A stretch of 63,101 nucleotides of DNA, counting the filler. It is 15 parts of 15 records of this genome, joined end to end, with 100 filler letters (N's around TTAATTAATTAA, not from the genome) between each part and the next. Parts side by side here need not be neighbours in the genome. Positions count along the whole stretch, not along the records: positions 32,599 to 36,125 come from SRR15195285_6086; positions 36,226 to 40,964 come from SRR15195285_6089; positions 41,065 to 45,979 come from SRR15195285_6090; positions 46,080 to 49,182 come from SRR15195285_6094; 11 more parts are not named here. The stretch is one strand, 5' to 3'. The first letter of the stretch is position 1, and each line of letters begins with the position of its first letter. The notes beneath the pieces were generated by a model, which made no database searches, was not told the origin of the DNA, and saw nothing but the letters and a program-made list of their open reading frames with translations. Shown here one piece after another: positions 33,983-46,210 of the stretch. Position numbers and translations under genes: made by a program.

Positions 33983-36024
33983 CTACAAACTTGCCTCGAC
34001 GGCAAACTGGTGGTGGCGCAGCGCAAAATCGACCACGGCCTCGTGGTTGACTACCTCCACGTGCTCACCCAGCATCGCCACCAGCTCGTAAGGGTCATCG
34101 AGCTTGCCTCCCCCGTCTGACGTGAGGTAGATCGTGGTGACGGTACCAGGTGGGTAGTCGTTGATCTCCTTGGCAAAGTCTACAGCGAAGAGGTTATTCT
34201 TGTCGCTGTGGCTTGTCGCCCCACGCCATTCGCGTGGGCGGAAGAGCACCAATGGCGCCGGATTTCGCAGTCCATGATCGTCGATCACCTTGTAGAATTC
34301 GTCTGGCGCAAAAAGCCAGACAGGGAGCGCATACGGCACGTTCACCGCAAAGAGGCCACGCACGATGCCTTTCTCACTGTACCGCGGGTAGTAATTGTGT
34401 ACTGCCTTTGGCCATGTGTCAAACCATTCCCACTCGACCGTACCACTGGTATTCATCAGCACACAGTCACGCTCTGTTCGCCGCACGAACCGCTCCTGGT
34501 CATCAGGCTGAAATTGTCCTGGGTAGGAATACAAGTCACCAGAGGGTGGGAGCACGAAGTAATCGTGGCCAGTCTTGAGCGCTCCATCATAGTACCAGCC
34601 TGCACTCCATATACAAAGAATTTTACAAGCAGTTGTAAGTGCCTGCTTTCGACACGACAAAGAACACTTCGACGCTGGTCATACGCACGCAACCAATCAG
34701 GCGCCAAGTGCAAAAGATGTGGCGATGCGCTCCACAACAGTGGGAAGCACGAAGCGTAGCCATTTCCTCCCTTCGCACAACGCTGGTTTCGGTCGAGGAA
34801 CCAGTCTCGTCGTGTGCCTTTCATGAAGCCAGTGTTGTCGCCGTCGCCGATGATGAAGGCTAGGTAGGTTTTGGACGCGTTGAACTCAGGCAAGCGCGTC
34901 GGGTTCTGCACCAGTGGCTTGGACACAGGTGGCTTGCGCGAATAAAAGGCCAGATTGTTCACGCCATCGCTGGCGATCTGGCCCATGTTATGCTCCTTCA
35001 CGCAATTCGTTTCGGCTTCAAATAAGTCACCCGCCAGTGCCCATGTGTCATCGTAACCCATCACCGAGATAGGGCGTGGCCATGGGTTATCTGCCAATAT
35101 GAGCGATGGACCAAGGATGATTGTCAGAGTAGTAGCCTTGTTGGGGGACTACTAACTTGTGGAGTGGGGCGGACCGTTGACGATGCGCTCCATGAGCCGG
35201 TGCTCCGCCGTCCCCGCGATGCATTGATCCTCCATGAAGAAGTTGAACAGCTTCTCTTTCACAATATAATCGATTAGACCGGGATTGAGATCCTTAGTGA
35301 GTGGCGGATTGATCTTGTTGTCGCCGTGCACATCCAGTCCAGGGTTCATCTGCGCCATCGTGGAAGTCTGGTTGACGTGATGCGTGTGCATGTACTCTGT
35401 GGCCTGCATGGCGCTGAACCCTTCGAACTCCTTCTCTGCATCGAAAACGACGGTCAGCTCTGCCATCAGCGGGTCGTTCGATTGCAGTGGCAGCGCGTCC
35501 AGCACAGCAGCTAGCGTGATTATATTCGGAGTGATCAGCTGCTGGCCATCGCGCGAGGCGTTGAAACGTATGGCGCCCGAAACGAGCCGCGAGCCGTCGG
35601 GCCGTCTGGCCTGAATGCAAGTGCGTAGGAGCTCTAGTCGGCTAGTGATTGCGTGCAGCCGCGCGTTTGGCTGGGCACAGGCGACGAAGGCAGGGTCGTT
35701 CCCGAAGGCAGGGTTTGAGTAATTGACCCCCACAATGCAGACCCCGTCGGTATCTGCCAGCCACGCCGGATCCTGGTCCCCAACCAGCGTATACGCTGCG
35801 CCGGCCACAGACGCATCCCTGTTCAGCAGTCCAACGCACGTCTGCACCGCGACCTGAGTGGCCAGCTTGGTGCCCTCGTCTTGTGGAAGGGGCCGCAGCA
35901 GGCCGAGGTCCACGACGAGGAGCTGCTCAGAAGCCGCGGCCACGAACATCAGGCCCGCCGAGAACAACGACCCAAGCAACCTGTGGCGCCCACCAACCTC
36001 GTCATGACGCGGGCAAACGGGCAT
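33983..36024 (-). CDS. GxGYxYP-family putative glycoside hydrolase (3 exons)
   Basis: KTYLAFIIGDGDN; PLLWSASPHL..LAPDWLRWYY; PPSGDLYSYP variant of the family motif; hydrophobic leader. Two in-phase introns. Confidence 0.7.
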
Positions 36025-36225
36025 CGGTTTGGTGCTCGCTGGGTTCGTCGTCGTCCCGGGCGGCGCTGGCCACACCAGTACTGGTGTAAATATAGGTATT
36101 TCACCTACTTCAAGCGACAGGATTTNNNNNNNNNNNNNNNNNNNNNNNNNNNNNNNNNNNNNNNNNNNNTTAATTAATTAANNNNNNNNNNNNNNNNNNN
36201 NNNNNNNNNNNNNNNNNNNNNNNNN

Positions 36226-36324
36226 TGAGGGGCGCAGATGCAGGCACTCCAGATGCAACAGCTGCAGATGCAACAAATGCAACAAATGCTTGGGGTGCAG
36301 AGCAGCGATCGAGGCAGCGTGTAG
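36226..36324 (+). CDS. 3' fragment of a gene with a Gln/Met-rich tail
   Basis: GAQMQALQMQQLQMQQMQQMLGVQSSDRGSV* at the contig start. Confidence 0.5.
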
Positions 36325-36367
36325 ATCCGGCAACAGAAATGATGTTCATTGCAAAACTGTGTGCAGG

Positions 36368-39300
36368 TCACATCGTTGTCAGCTTGTCTATCAGAGCTTG
36401 CTTTTTTGCGAGTTCCTCCGCCAACCGGAGGTTCTCTGTGCGCAATTCTTCCTCGCTGACTTTTCCATATCTTGTCCCAACCTGCACATCGTGGCAGAAC
36501 GAGCGGCGTGAGTAGGCCTTCAGCCATCTGTTCAACTCTGCCGTCACAGGCACTCTCGTGGTGAGCGTGAGCTCGTACCGATTTGAGGTTGGCAAACAGC
36601 GTGCGGAAATATTCGTCCATTGGATGAGCGTACTGACTCTTGTCCGTCTGTGCGAAAAGCAATGGTGCGACAACCGTAAATCGGGAACGACGCATATTGT
36701 ACAGAGACCAACTACAGCAGGAAATGTACGGGTGGTGCACCTGCTTGTTGTAGAAGAACGGAGCTCCGTTGTCGTCTTGCATGCCCTCCCAGCTGGGAGG
36801 CAGCGGGCACGAGATGGCCTCCTCAGCAATCCATAGCCACTTCGCATCGAGCTCGGGATCGATGCCCAGATAGGTTGCGTATTCCCTGATCTCTTCGGCT
36901 GCGGGAGCTTCAGAGTCGGCATACGCAAGTTTCCGTCGCTGGGCCACGTAGCTCATAATGTACATCTGCTCCTGCAATTGCAGCTCGGCCTTGTACTTCA
37001 AGTCCTCGATCTCGCCAGCGTGCTCATAGATGCGATTGTTCAACCTCTCCACCTGCATCAAACGAGAATGCAATTGCGGGTGTGAGAAAGACAGTGATGT
37101 ACAAACGCGGAAAGAGAAAAGACCCGTGCAACCACTGAGGCGAGCGTACTTCTTGAAGCGCTGCACCCAACCGCCGGTCTTTCTCTGTGAGCTCCTCCTT
37201 GAGCTCATCAACGAGCTTCGATTTGGTGTCCAACCGCTTAGAGAATCGGCGTTCGGCTTGCTCGAGCAGCCGTTTTGACTCTTTCAGTTCACCTTCTGCG
37301 GTCTCAAGCTTCTCTTCCGCCTTGTGCAGCTGGCCGATGAGAGCTTCGTTTTTCACGTGCTTGAGCGCTAAGCGCTTGTGTGCATCGTGCATCGACTCCT
37401 GGGCAATCTTCACTTGGTTGCGAAGCTGCGTCTCTAGTTCACTGTCCAGCTCACTCCACGCAGTCTTCCCTCCAATTTTCCCTGCCTTCATCTGCGGAGC
37501 AGCCGCATCTTCGCTCGGAGCCCCTTCCTCGCCAGAGTCGTCCTGTTTTGATGGTGCACGCGCCGCCTCAACACCTACTGCACCGGCCTCCTCTTCCAGT
37601 TTCTTGGTCAGCTCGGTAAGTAGCAACGCTTGCTCCTTAGACATCGACAGCTCGGTGAGTAGCTCGTGCTTTTCAAGTCTTGCGCGCAGCTTGCGATATT
37701 CAGCCTGCATCTCTTCGTATCGCACGTCGACCTGGCCTACCTGCACAGACAGCTCGGCTTTCTGTTTCTCCAGCGTCTCAGCTTTCTCCTCTAAAGCAGC
37801 CACACGCTTGGTCTGCCTGTGCAGCAAGTCCTCCGCCTTGTGTTTTTCAAACGTCACGGCACGCTCACGTTCAAGCGACTCCTCGACACGCTCCGTGAGC
37901 TGCTTAACCTCGCTGGCCAAGTCCTGCGTCTGGATCTCTGCGATCTGCTTCGCCTTTAGCAATGCTTCATTCTCTCGCTTCACTTCGTCGATCACACTGA
38001 TGCGGCGCGCAAGCTGCTTCTCAAGAAACGAGTTCTGCAGCTTGAGCTTCTCGAGTTGACTGTGCAGCTCAACTTTATCACTCAGCACGGCGTTGAGCTG
38101 AGCTTCCGCCTGTCTCTCACGCTCATTCCAGCGATCTTCCTGCTCCTGTAACTCGGCGAGACGCTGTGCCGCCACTTTCTTGAACCTGGCCTGCTCGGAG
38201 CGTGAGACGTACAGCTTCGCTTGCAAGGACAGCAGCAAATCTTTGAGGAGAGCTGGGTCTGCATCAGCGTCGATTTCCATGCCGTCATCTACCTCAATTC
38301 CCGCCGACACGATCATTTCTGCGTTGATTTTGTCGAAGGCTTTTGCTTCAAATTCCAAGTGTTCAACCTCTCCAAGCAGCTTCTGGAGCCGCTGCACCTC
38401 ACCTCGCAGATCTCCTTGTGTCTGGCGTGCCTTGACGTTTGAACTATCCAGCTCCTTCTCCAAGTCTGATATCTTAAATCGGCAAGCCTCCAAGTCGATG
38501 CGCGCTGTCGCAAGCTCACGCTCCGCTTCTTCGAGTTGCTTCCAGACCTCCTCGCTGACAGCACTGTTCTCCACCGCCAGACGGCGCACTTCCTTTTGCA
38601 GAACAGCAATCTCTTGGTCCTTGCGCAGCCCGGTCTCATGCAGCCGGCCCTGCTCTTGCCGCAACTGCGATATCTGTTGCACCGTTTGTTGGGTTTGCGG
38701 TGCATGCGCGACTAGAGCACCTGCCTCTGCCGCGTCTCCAGCTGGGCTGGATGAGCGATTCTCTTGTACACCGGGATCAGTGCTTCCCTCTGCATACTGC
38801 TCCAGCAATGCAGTAGCTTCCGTGTGCCGCTTTGCTTTAGATATTTCCAGCGGGGTGGAGAGCTTGTCGTTTCGGGCCCAGATGCTCTGTGGCTGATGCT
38901 GAAACAGAAGCTCCACTACAGCGGCATTGCCGCCCTCAGCGGCGAAGTGCATCGCAGACCATCCAACAAACGACGTAGCGGCTGCATCTGCACCGTGCCC
39001 TAACAGTGTGCGAGCTACATCCACCGCCCCGCACAGCGCTGCACAGTGCAGTGGTGTGCGCCCCAACCGGTCCTTTGTGTCTGCACTTGCACCGTGTGTG
39101 AGTAGTAGCTCAGCCATCTCACCTTCCGCGTTCAGCGCCGCCCAATGGAGTGGAGTCTTGCCTCCCCAATCAAACATGTTCGGCTCGTGCTTGTCGCTGG
39201 CCGTGGCCAGCAGGTCACGGAGCCGCGCGACGTTCCCGTCTGCAACCGCCTGGTGCAGACTATTCGGAGGGGGCGCAGAGCTCCGCGTCTGCCGCGACTG

Positions 39301-40299
39301 CATGCGAGCCCCTAGCACAGCCGCTTCTCGTTTGGGTCGCTTCGGAGCAATGCCTCGTATGCGCTCGAGTCGAGCACGCACGTCGCCATTCGTGGGCTCA
39401 ATATCCAGCACCCGCTCGAAGGCGTTAATCGCTTGCGGGAAGCGCTTGCTTGCCTCCAGAATCACACCCATGTCATACCAGACTTCTGCGGCTGCGGGGT
39501 TAAGCTCTGTGACGCGCTGGAAGGCGTCCAGTGCGTCGTTCTGTTGGTTAAGCCGGGAGTATAAGTCGCCCATGCACCGCCACATCGACCAGCTCTGTGG
39601 CTCCAAACTGATTGCCTCGTTGTAGGAATTGAACGCCTGGCGATATTCCTGCAGGGCGCTGTAGTTGCGGCCGAGGTTGCACCACTGCTCGGACTCCCGC
39701 GACTCCCCGCCACGACCGCTGTTGTTGTACGCCTCTTCGGCCCGGTGGAAGTCAGACTGCAGGCAGTAGAGCTGCGCGATCTCGAACCACACGTCCTCCG
39801 TGGAGAAGGGCGGTGGGCACACGTCAGCATCGAGAACCAGCTGGAGCCACTTCAGGCCGTCGTCGTACTGCCCGAGCAGCTTGCACACGCCACCCAAACG
39901 CAGCTGCACCTCTGGGATCATGTCGAACTCAGGAAAGGTCTCACAGAGCTGCTCGAAGGTACTCTTCGCCGTGTCGAACTTTTCGTTGCGGTCGTAGAGC
40001 ACCCCCAGCCCGTACAGGATTTTAGGCGTCGCCTTGTTATCAAGCAGGAACAGTGCACGCTGGTAGGTGGCAAGCGCCTTCGCTAGATCCTCCGTACGCA
40101 GGTAGCAGTACGCCGTAGACGCGAGCACATCCGGGTCCTTGTTGTCCACGCGCAGGCACCGCTCGAAGAAGTTGATCGCCTTCTCGTACTCCTCCAGGCT
40201 CTCATGTAGCAGCCCGAGCTGCGTGAGCGCCTCCCGGTCCTCCGGCTTCTTCGCTACGATCGACTCATACCGCGCGATCTTCAGCCGCTTGTTCGACAT
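36368..40299 (-). CDS. Cyc8/Ssn6-like TPR array + ankyrin repeats + long coiled coil + CEP164-type WW module (4 exons)
   Basis: TPR segments PKILYGLGVLYDR, EDVWFEIAQ, EVWYDMGVILE; ankyrin GKTPLHWAA, GRTPLHCAA, GWSAMHFAA; C-terminal EEIREYATYLGIDP..WLWIAEEAISCPLPPSW..FFYN..SQYAHPMDEYFR. Confidence 0.85.
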
Positions 40300-41170
40300 C
40301 GCCACCGCCCCGCCCCGCGCCGCCTCACCGCGCTGCCCAGCAGGACAGCTCTACATCACCCACGACGACCCTCCAGCCGCCGCAACCACAGCCCTATCGA
40401 ACAGGGCGTGTTGCCACCTACGACGAGAGCTCACCACCTCGCCTCAGCTCGCGAGGCGGCTCATCGGCGCAGCTGCCTCAGATAGGATCACGGGGGGGGG
40501 GGGGGCAGATCATCACGCCCCATCTCAGTGAGGGCACCATCCCATCCCAGCGATGACGGAAATTCAACGGCGGCGTCGCGAGATCTCATATTTACAAACT
40601 CGTATTCACAACGCTGTTTAAATGGATTTTTGGATCCAAGTTGGTACGAGCTGCTGGAACGGGCGGGACGGTGCTCCGCTCAGGTCCGGGATTCTCTGTA
40701 CTGGACACACTGGGAACGGCCTGAGTTTGCAGTCTGAATACGGGTGCAACAGAATGGTACTATATTCCACTGCAGACTGCGCAAAAGTGAAGAGAAACCC
40801 TACCCGGCCGGGTAGGATCCTACTGGTACCGGTAGGAATCCTACCGTATTCGGTATTGCTATTGGGAACTCTAGCTAAGAGAATAGGAATTCCTGAGCAG
40901 ATCGATTTTAGAAACGTCGATTCTCATCCAAAATCAGGCTGGGTTGGATTCTTGTGGAGTAAATNNNNNNNNNNNNNNNNNNNNNNNNNNNNNNNNNNNN
41001 NNNNNNNNTTAATTAATTAANNNNNNNNNNNNNNNNNNNNNNNNNNNNNNNNNNNNNNNNNNNNGGTCCGCCGACCCAGGAATCACATTGTGATCGCCCT
41101 AGACGCAGTACAGTATTCCCTACCAATATCGCCGAGTAGATCTCGCTCAGCCCTATATAGCTCAGCTCGG

Positions 41171-43146
41171 ATGGGGAGCGCCACAGTGATGCTGCGTGAC
41201 GTCGCGAGTGGGCTGCTACTCGCCGTCGACGCAGATGGCGAGCAGCTGCTGCTGTCTACTCGCGGGGACGATCGCGCTATGTGGCGCGTCGAGTCCAGGG
41301 TGAGTGAGTCTGGCTGCTTCGCCAGTGCCACACTACCTGGCGTGGCTGTGCGTGGAACGCAAGTCGAGGCCATTGAAACTCACGATGAGCGGCGCTGGCG
41401 AATCAACGGTGCGGTGTTCGACGAGGTGTTTGCGCCGTCACGGCTGCCGAGCGAGCACCTGGAGGAACTGCGCGCCACCGGGATCACGATCCTGCCCGGT
41501 TTTTCGCGTGCGATGACTGACCTCCTTCGGGAAGCTGTACACGCGACAAACTTTGTCGACGTAGTGGATCTCGACAATCCCGCAGCAAGCAATGTTCAGT
41601 TGTACATAGATGGGCGTTTCTTTCATGTGCTGCGGGATGGCAAGGTGGAAGGCGGCTTGGCGCCGCCACCGCTCAGGGTGTCGGCGGCAAGGCTTGCGCC
41701 CGTGGCTCACGACGGCGCGTGTGTTGAGCTAACGATGGTGAGAGGTGAGAAGCGGCACTTTGGGTTGTCAGATGCCGGCTTGGCTGAGACTCTGGTCGAA
41801 CGACTGCAAGGCTCTAGCGATGCGCCCAGTGGCCGCCGTGCGATGCGCAACTACCTACACGAAGACCGCGGTTGCCTGTTTGGACGAGTGCACACCCATC
41901 CAGTAGTGCTCTGGCTTTTGGAATCGTATTTTGGCGCTCCAGTGCGTGCCAGCCACACCCCAGGTGCTAAAATCATCATGCCACAGGACGGATCCATCGG
42001 TCCTGGCCAGGGATGGCACTCGGATACGCCAGTGCGTCGTGCATTACCGATTGCCGGCAGTTGATCATCCACAATGCTGTTGTTCATTGCGTTCGATCTT
42101 GATATCTAGTGCTAGTTTCTGTCCGACTAGTTCAGTTGCCCAACTGAACACGCCACTGTCTGTGCTCTAACACATTGTGCTTGAACTCACAGTATGACAA
42201 AGGCTTGCGTGGGCTGCCACACGGTAAGACATGGCAGCTCAACGACTCTGGACAGATTCGCAATGTACAAGACGGTGTCGAAGGGTTCGAAGCCTGGCCA
42301 GACCCGAGTCGACCTCTGGGTAAGCAAAATACTGAATGTTTCAATGCTACCTAGACGTGCTGTTGTTGCTCATCAGACAGTCCTACCACCAACAGCCGAA
42401 TCGACAACATCGCTACCATTGTTTTTCGGCAGCCTGAACGACACATTCTCTGATTGAACAGGCCTGCAGTGCAACGTCTGTCTCGACCCATTCACAGAAC
42501 TCAACGGTGGCACAGGTGAATCACTTCAACTTGCGATATTTCAAGTACCATAAACGCAGGAGTAGAACCGTTCGATCGTTGCGTGCATGGCTACTGAGCC
42601 CCGTTCTTGGCATGCTCATTCTACATTTGTGTTGTATGCCCCAGCGTACATCCCAATGAGCTGGACCAACCGTGGGCCACCGCCAAAGTACGATTATAAC
42701 GCTGATGACAAGTTTCCTGCCTACCCACCAGAGACAAGACACATGGAGGCTCCCGCTGGATCTATCTGCATCTATCATGCTGCTACATGGCACCGACAGC
42801 ACATGAACTTGAGTGACGCCCCGCGGATCGGTGCGTCTCAGACGAGGATCACAAATTCACAATGATTGTCAAAGGTTCTTGGGTGACTTTGAAGAAGGTG
42901 GATTTGACGTTTTTGTTTTTGTGTTTCACAGGGTTGCTACAGGCTATGGTGCCAGACACAGTCGCAGAGGGTAGTAGCGAGCAGGCGCGGATGGGAATTG
43001 CGGACTGGCTCAACGATGGGCTCGATTCGAAGCGCGCGAGTTTGGAACGATGGCTACAAAGTGGCGAACCACAGAAATTGACACCGCGAGAGCAGGCCGA
43101 CCTGCAACAGCTGTTTATTGGTGGCGGTGGTAGTGCGCGGCTGTGA
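41171..43146 (+). CDS. Phytanoyl-CoA dioxygenase (PhyH) family 2OG-Fe(II) oxygenase, 5 exons
   Basis: GWHSDTP (HxD); CLDPFTELNGGT..IP; APAGSICIYHAATWH..N.SDAPR. Four in-phase GT-AG introns, the first at 42032-42192. Confidence 0.85.
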
Positions 43147-43251
43147 GATGATTGCATCACAGGCAGTGGGCTCGTGCGTGTTCTCTATGCGACGAAACAA
43201 GTATTCCCGACCACAAGCAGTACATATACGCGCAACTAACTTTAGTTGGAG

Positions 43252-45528
43252 TCAGGATCCGCAAAGTTCCTGAAATTTTGCCATGCTAGGAAGCCCCACC
43301 ACACAGAGCTGGCTGGCTACAGCTGTGAGTGCTGCCAGAAACATCGGGGCTCCTGCGAAATACAATGCTAGTAGATGAGATCGTCCGCACGGAACACTAT
43401 AGACAATGATGAGAGGGCCGCCTGCCTTTGTTGCAATGCTCTGGCGCGCGCTCATGCTGAGTGTGAGGGATTTGAGTCCACAAACACAGTCTGCAACCAA
43501 CTAGGGCACCACTTACCGTGAAATGTCCCGCCACCTCGCGTGCCGAGCGAGTACGCCAACGCGTACAGCTGTGGAGCGCAGATCCAGGTCAGACTCTTGA
43601 AGTTCGCTAGCCAGCCTGACATCTCGCCGCGCCCCCAAATCTCCACTTCGACCTCCTGACCATCCTTCGGAGTTCCGGAAGCAGTCTGCTCACTCAGGGT
43701 GTTCGCTCGTGTCTTTGCTGCATGCTTGGATGTACCCAGTTTGTATATCATCGCCTCGAGACCGTCGCGCTTGCGATGAGCCTGTCGAACAGAACGTCCA
43801 GAATTGAATGATAATTGCGAGAATAGAATCATGTTCAGCCGCGTTGATTCTCGGCCAGCTTACCATGGACATGATGATCTGGGAGACAATCGTTCCACGC
43901 TGGCCAGTGTCAAGCGACCACAGCAGGTTAGAGATGATGTTCACCAGGTTGCTCCACGTCGTGTGCCCTTTCTGCCCCAGCTTCTTGATCGTGACCAGAC
44001 CCACCTGCCCGGCAACCACCTGTTCCATCGCAATTTCAACTCACGATAGCAGTCGCCATTGTGTTCTCTCCGCACAAATACTACATTCATATGATGATAT
44101 GTTGGACAGAGTCGGTACGTATCCAAAGCCGAGCAGAGCAGAGAAGTCGCCTGCCCTTGATGCAGGTAAACCGTGGACACTGCGCCAGATTATCATTCCG
44201 ACATCAAAGGCGAAACGGATTTCCCCCAGCGATTGAAAGCCGACCGCAAGTACAAGCGTGGTCATTGTTTTCGAATGGGTGAACAGTTTGACAAAGCTCA
44301 GTGGGTTGCACGCGAGCAAATTCACAGGCTTGCGGTCGGATAAGGGCAACGTCTCCCGGAAACCCAGCATCAGCACCAGACCATTGATCACAGCGCAACA
44401 AGCTGAGAACAAGTACGCCGCGCGGTCCGTCAGGAACCTTGCTGCGATCCAAGGCGATGCGATGATTCCCAGCCCAGAGTAGACCGCCATCCTAGAGTTT
44501 GCTAGAGCCATCTCTTCACCTTGGACCACATCAGCAAGAGCGCCACGGGACATCGTAATGAATGACGTCACGGTCATTCCAGACACAACTTTGCCTACGA
44601 CGACGGTTGCCCAGGACGGATACAGCGCAACTAAACCATCGCACACCAGCGAACCGAGCGGACCGATCATAAGGAAGGGAAACCGACCGTATCGATCAGA
44701 GAGCCTGCCGAGGCACGGGCCGAAGATAAATTCTAGCACAGAGCCACAGCTACTGATCATGGACTGCAGCGCTGCTGCAGCAGTCGAGTCGTTGCCCACA
44801 AACCCGAGCAGCATCGTAGGTCGGGCAGTCAGCGTGGCACAGTTGCCGCAGATTTGCAAGAAGAAAACCGCCGAAAGTATCGTGACAGCACGCTTACGAA
44901 AGGCCGCATCTTTTGCATTCGCTACTTCTTTGGCCTGCCGTTGGGACTGGAAAAATCCGGTCAGAGCTGGATGTGCTGACATACACTCGTGTAGAGCATT
45001 TCGCGAGAGCAGGTACACCTCGAGGTCGGTCCTTGCGCGCACGCAAGCGTTGCGGACGGGCGCTTTGCTGGAGTCGTTGAGCCCGGTGTCCGGCTCGCCG
45101 TCTGCCCCGAGAAGCGCCGCCTCTCCAAAGTATGTTTTCTCCTCCAGAACAGCCACTGGTCGCACCGATGACGCCACCACGTCTTCTGTCCCCAAAGCGG
45201 GTGCTGCAAAATCTTGCGAAGATGTCATAGCGTGGTCTCTGGGTGAAGTGACGCGGGGGGACGAGGGCTCTGCGGGTGGGTTCTCGAGGTAGACCGCAGC
45301 TGAGCCCCTGTAGATGAAGCACATCGTGTCGGCCGTGTCACCCTTGCGAATCACTACCTCGCGCGCGCTATAGCTTCGCAGTTCCAGCCGATCGGCAACC
45401 ATCTTCACGAAGCGCGTCTTCGCGTCGTCTTCAAGCTGTAGCGAGGAAAATGTGCTGTCCACGAAGTGGGTCAGCTCGAGAAAGTCAGACCGCGTGGACG
45501 ACTCTCCACCCGTCGAGTGGTCTGCCAT
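43252..45528 (-). CDS. cNMP-binding domain fused to a TetA/HIAT1-like MFS transporter, multi-exon
   Basis: VIRKGDTADTMCFIYRG..YFGEAALL..RNACVRA (cNMP); MFS motif A GRLSDRYGR; GALADV; ETLP..RK..NPLS. Further TM exons run to the stop at 43252. Confidence 0.88.
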
Positions 45529-45898
45529 GCTGTCTGTCCTGCGCTGGCCTCTCCTTCCTCTAGCTAGCTAGGCCAGGCCGCACAGCTGCACGTCCGAGTC
45601 GCTGCTGCTGGCGCTGGCGACGTCGGCGTTCAGTCTCACGCCTCCCGCGCTCCAGCTCGATGACGGAACTTCTAAACTGCTCGCGTGTCGCGCGCGCGCG
45701 CGGATACGCGCGGTACGGAATTATGAGTATATTATATGGACTCACAGACTTACAGTCATTTTTCACATTCCGTGAATGATCATTATGCAGTCATTCGGCG
45801 ATTCTCCGTCGCCACGCCGGCTCCGCGTCCACGTCCACGCAGAGAGTTGAATGGATGAATGCCATTCGCCGAATCGGAATGTGAAATGGTTGGAGATC

Positions 45899-45922
45899 TA
45901 CTAGTAGGAATTCCTACTAGTA
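45899..45922. promoter_or_regulatory. Perfect 24-bp palindrome TACTAGTAGGAATTCCTACTAGTA upstream of the cNMP-MFS gene
   Basis: Direct reading. Related palindromes occur at 196-209, 49114-49131 and 54860-54871. Regulatory role is inferred only. Confidence 0.4.
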
Positions 45923-46210
45923 TGATGCGACCCCCCGAGAGAGAGTGTACTGTACAGGGGGGGCAAGGATAAGAAATCCNNNNNNNNNNNNNNNNNNNNN
46001 NNNNNNNNNNNNNNNNNNNNNNNTTAATTAATTAANNNNNNNNNNNNNNNNNNNNNNNNNNNNNNNNNNNNNNNNNNNNGAAATGTCGCTAGGATAAGTC
46101 GGCTCTCAGTGTCGAGTGTCGAGTGTGCACGTGTGTCAACGTCGCTCAACGAACTCACGAACGGCCGGATACGGAGCGCGGCGAGCGGTTGGTGCCCAAA
46201 AAAGGTCCCG

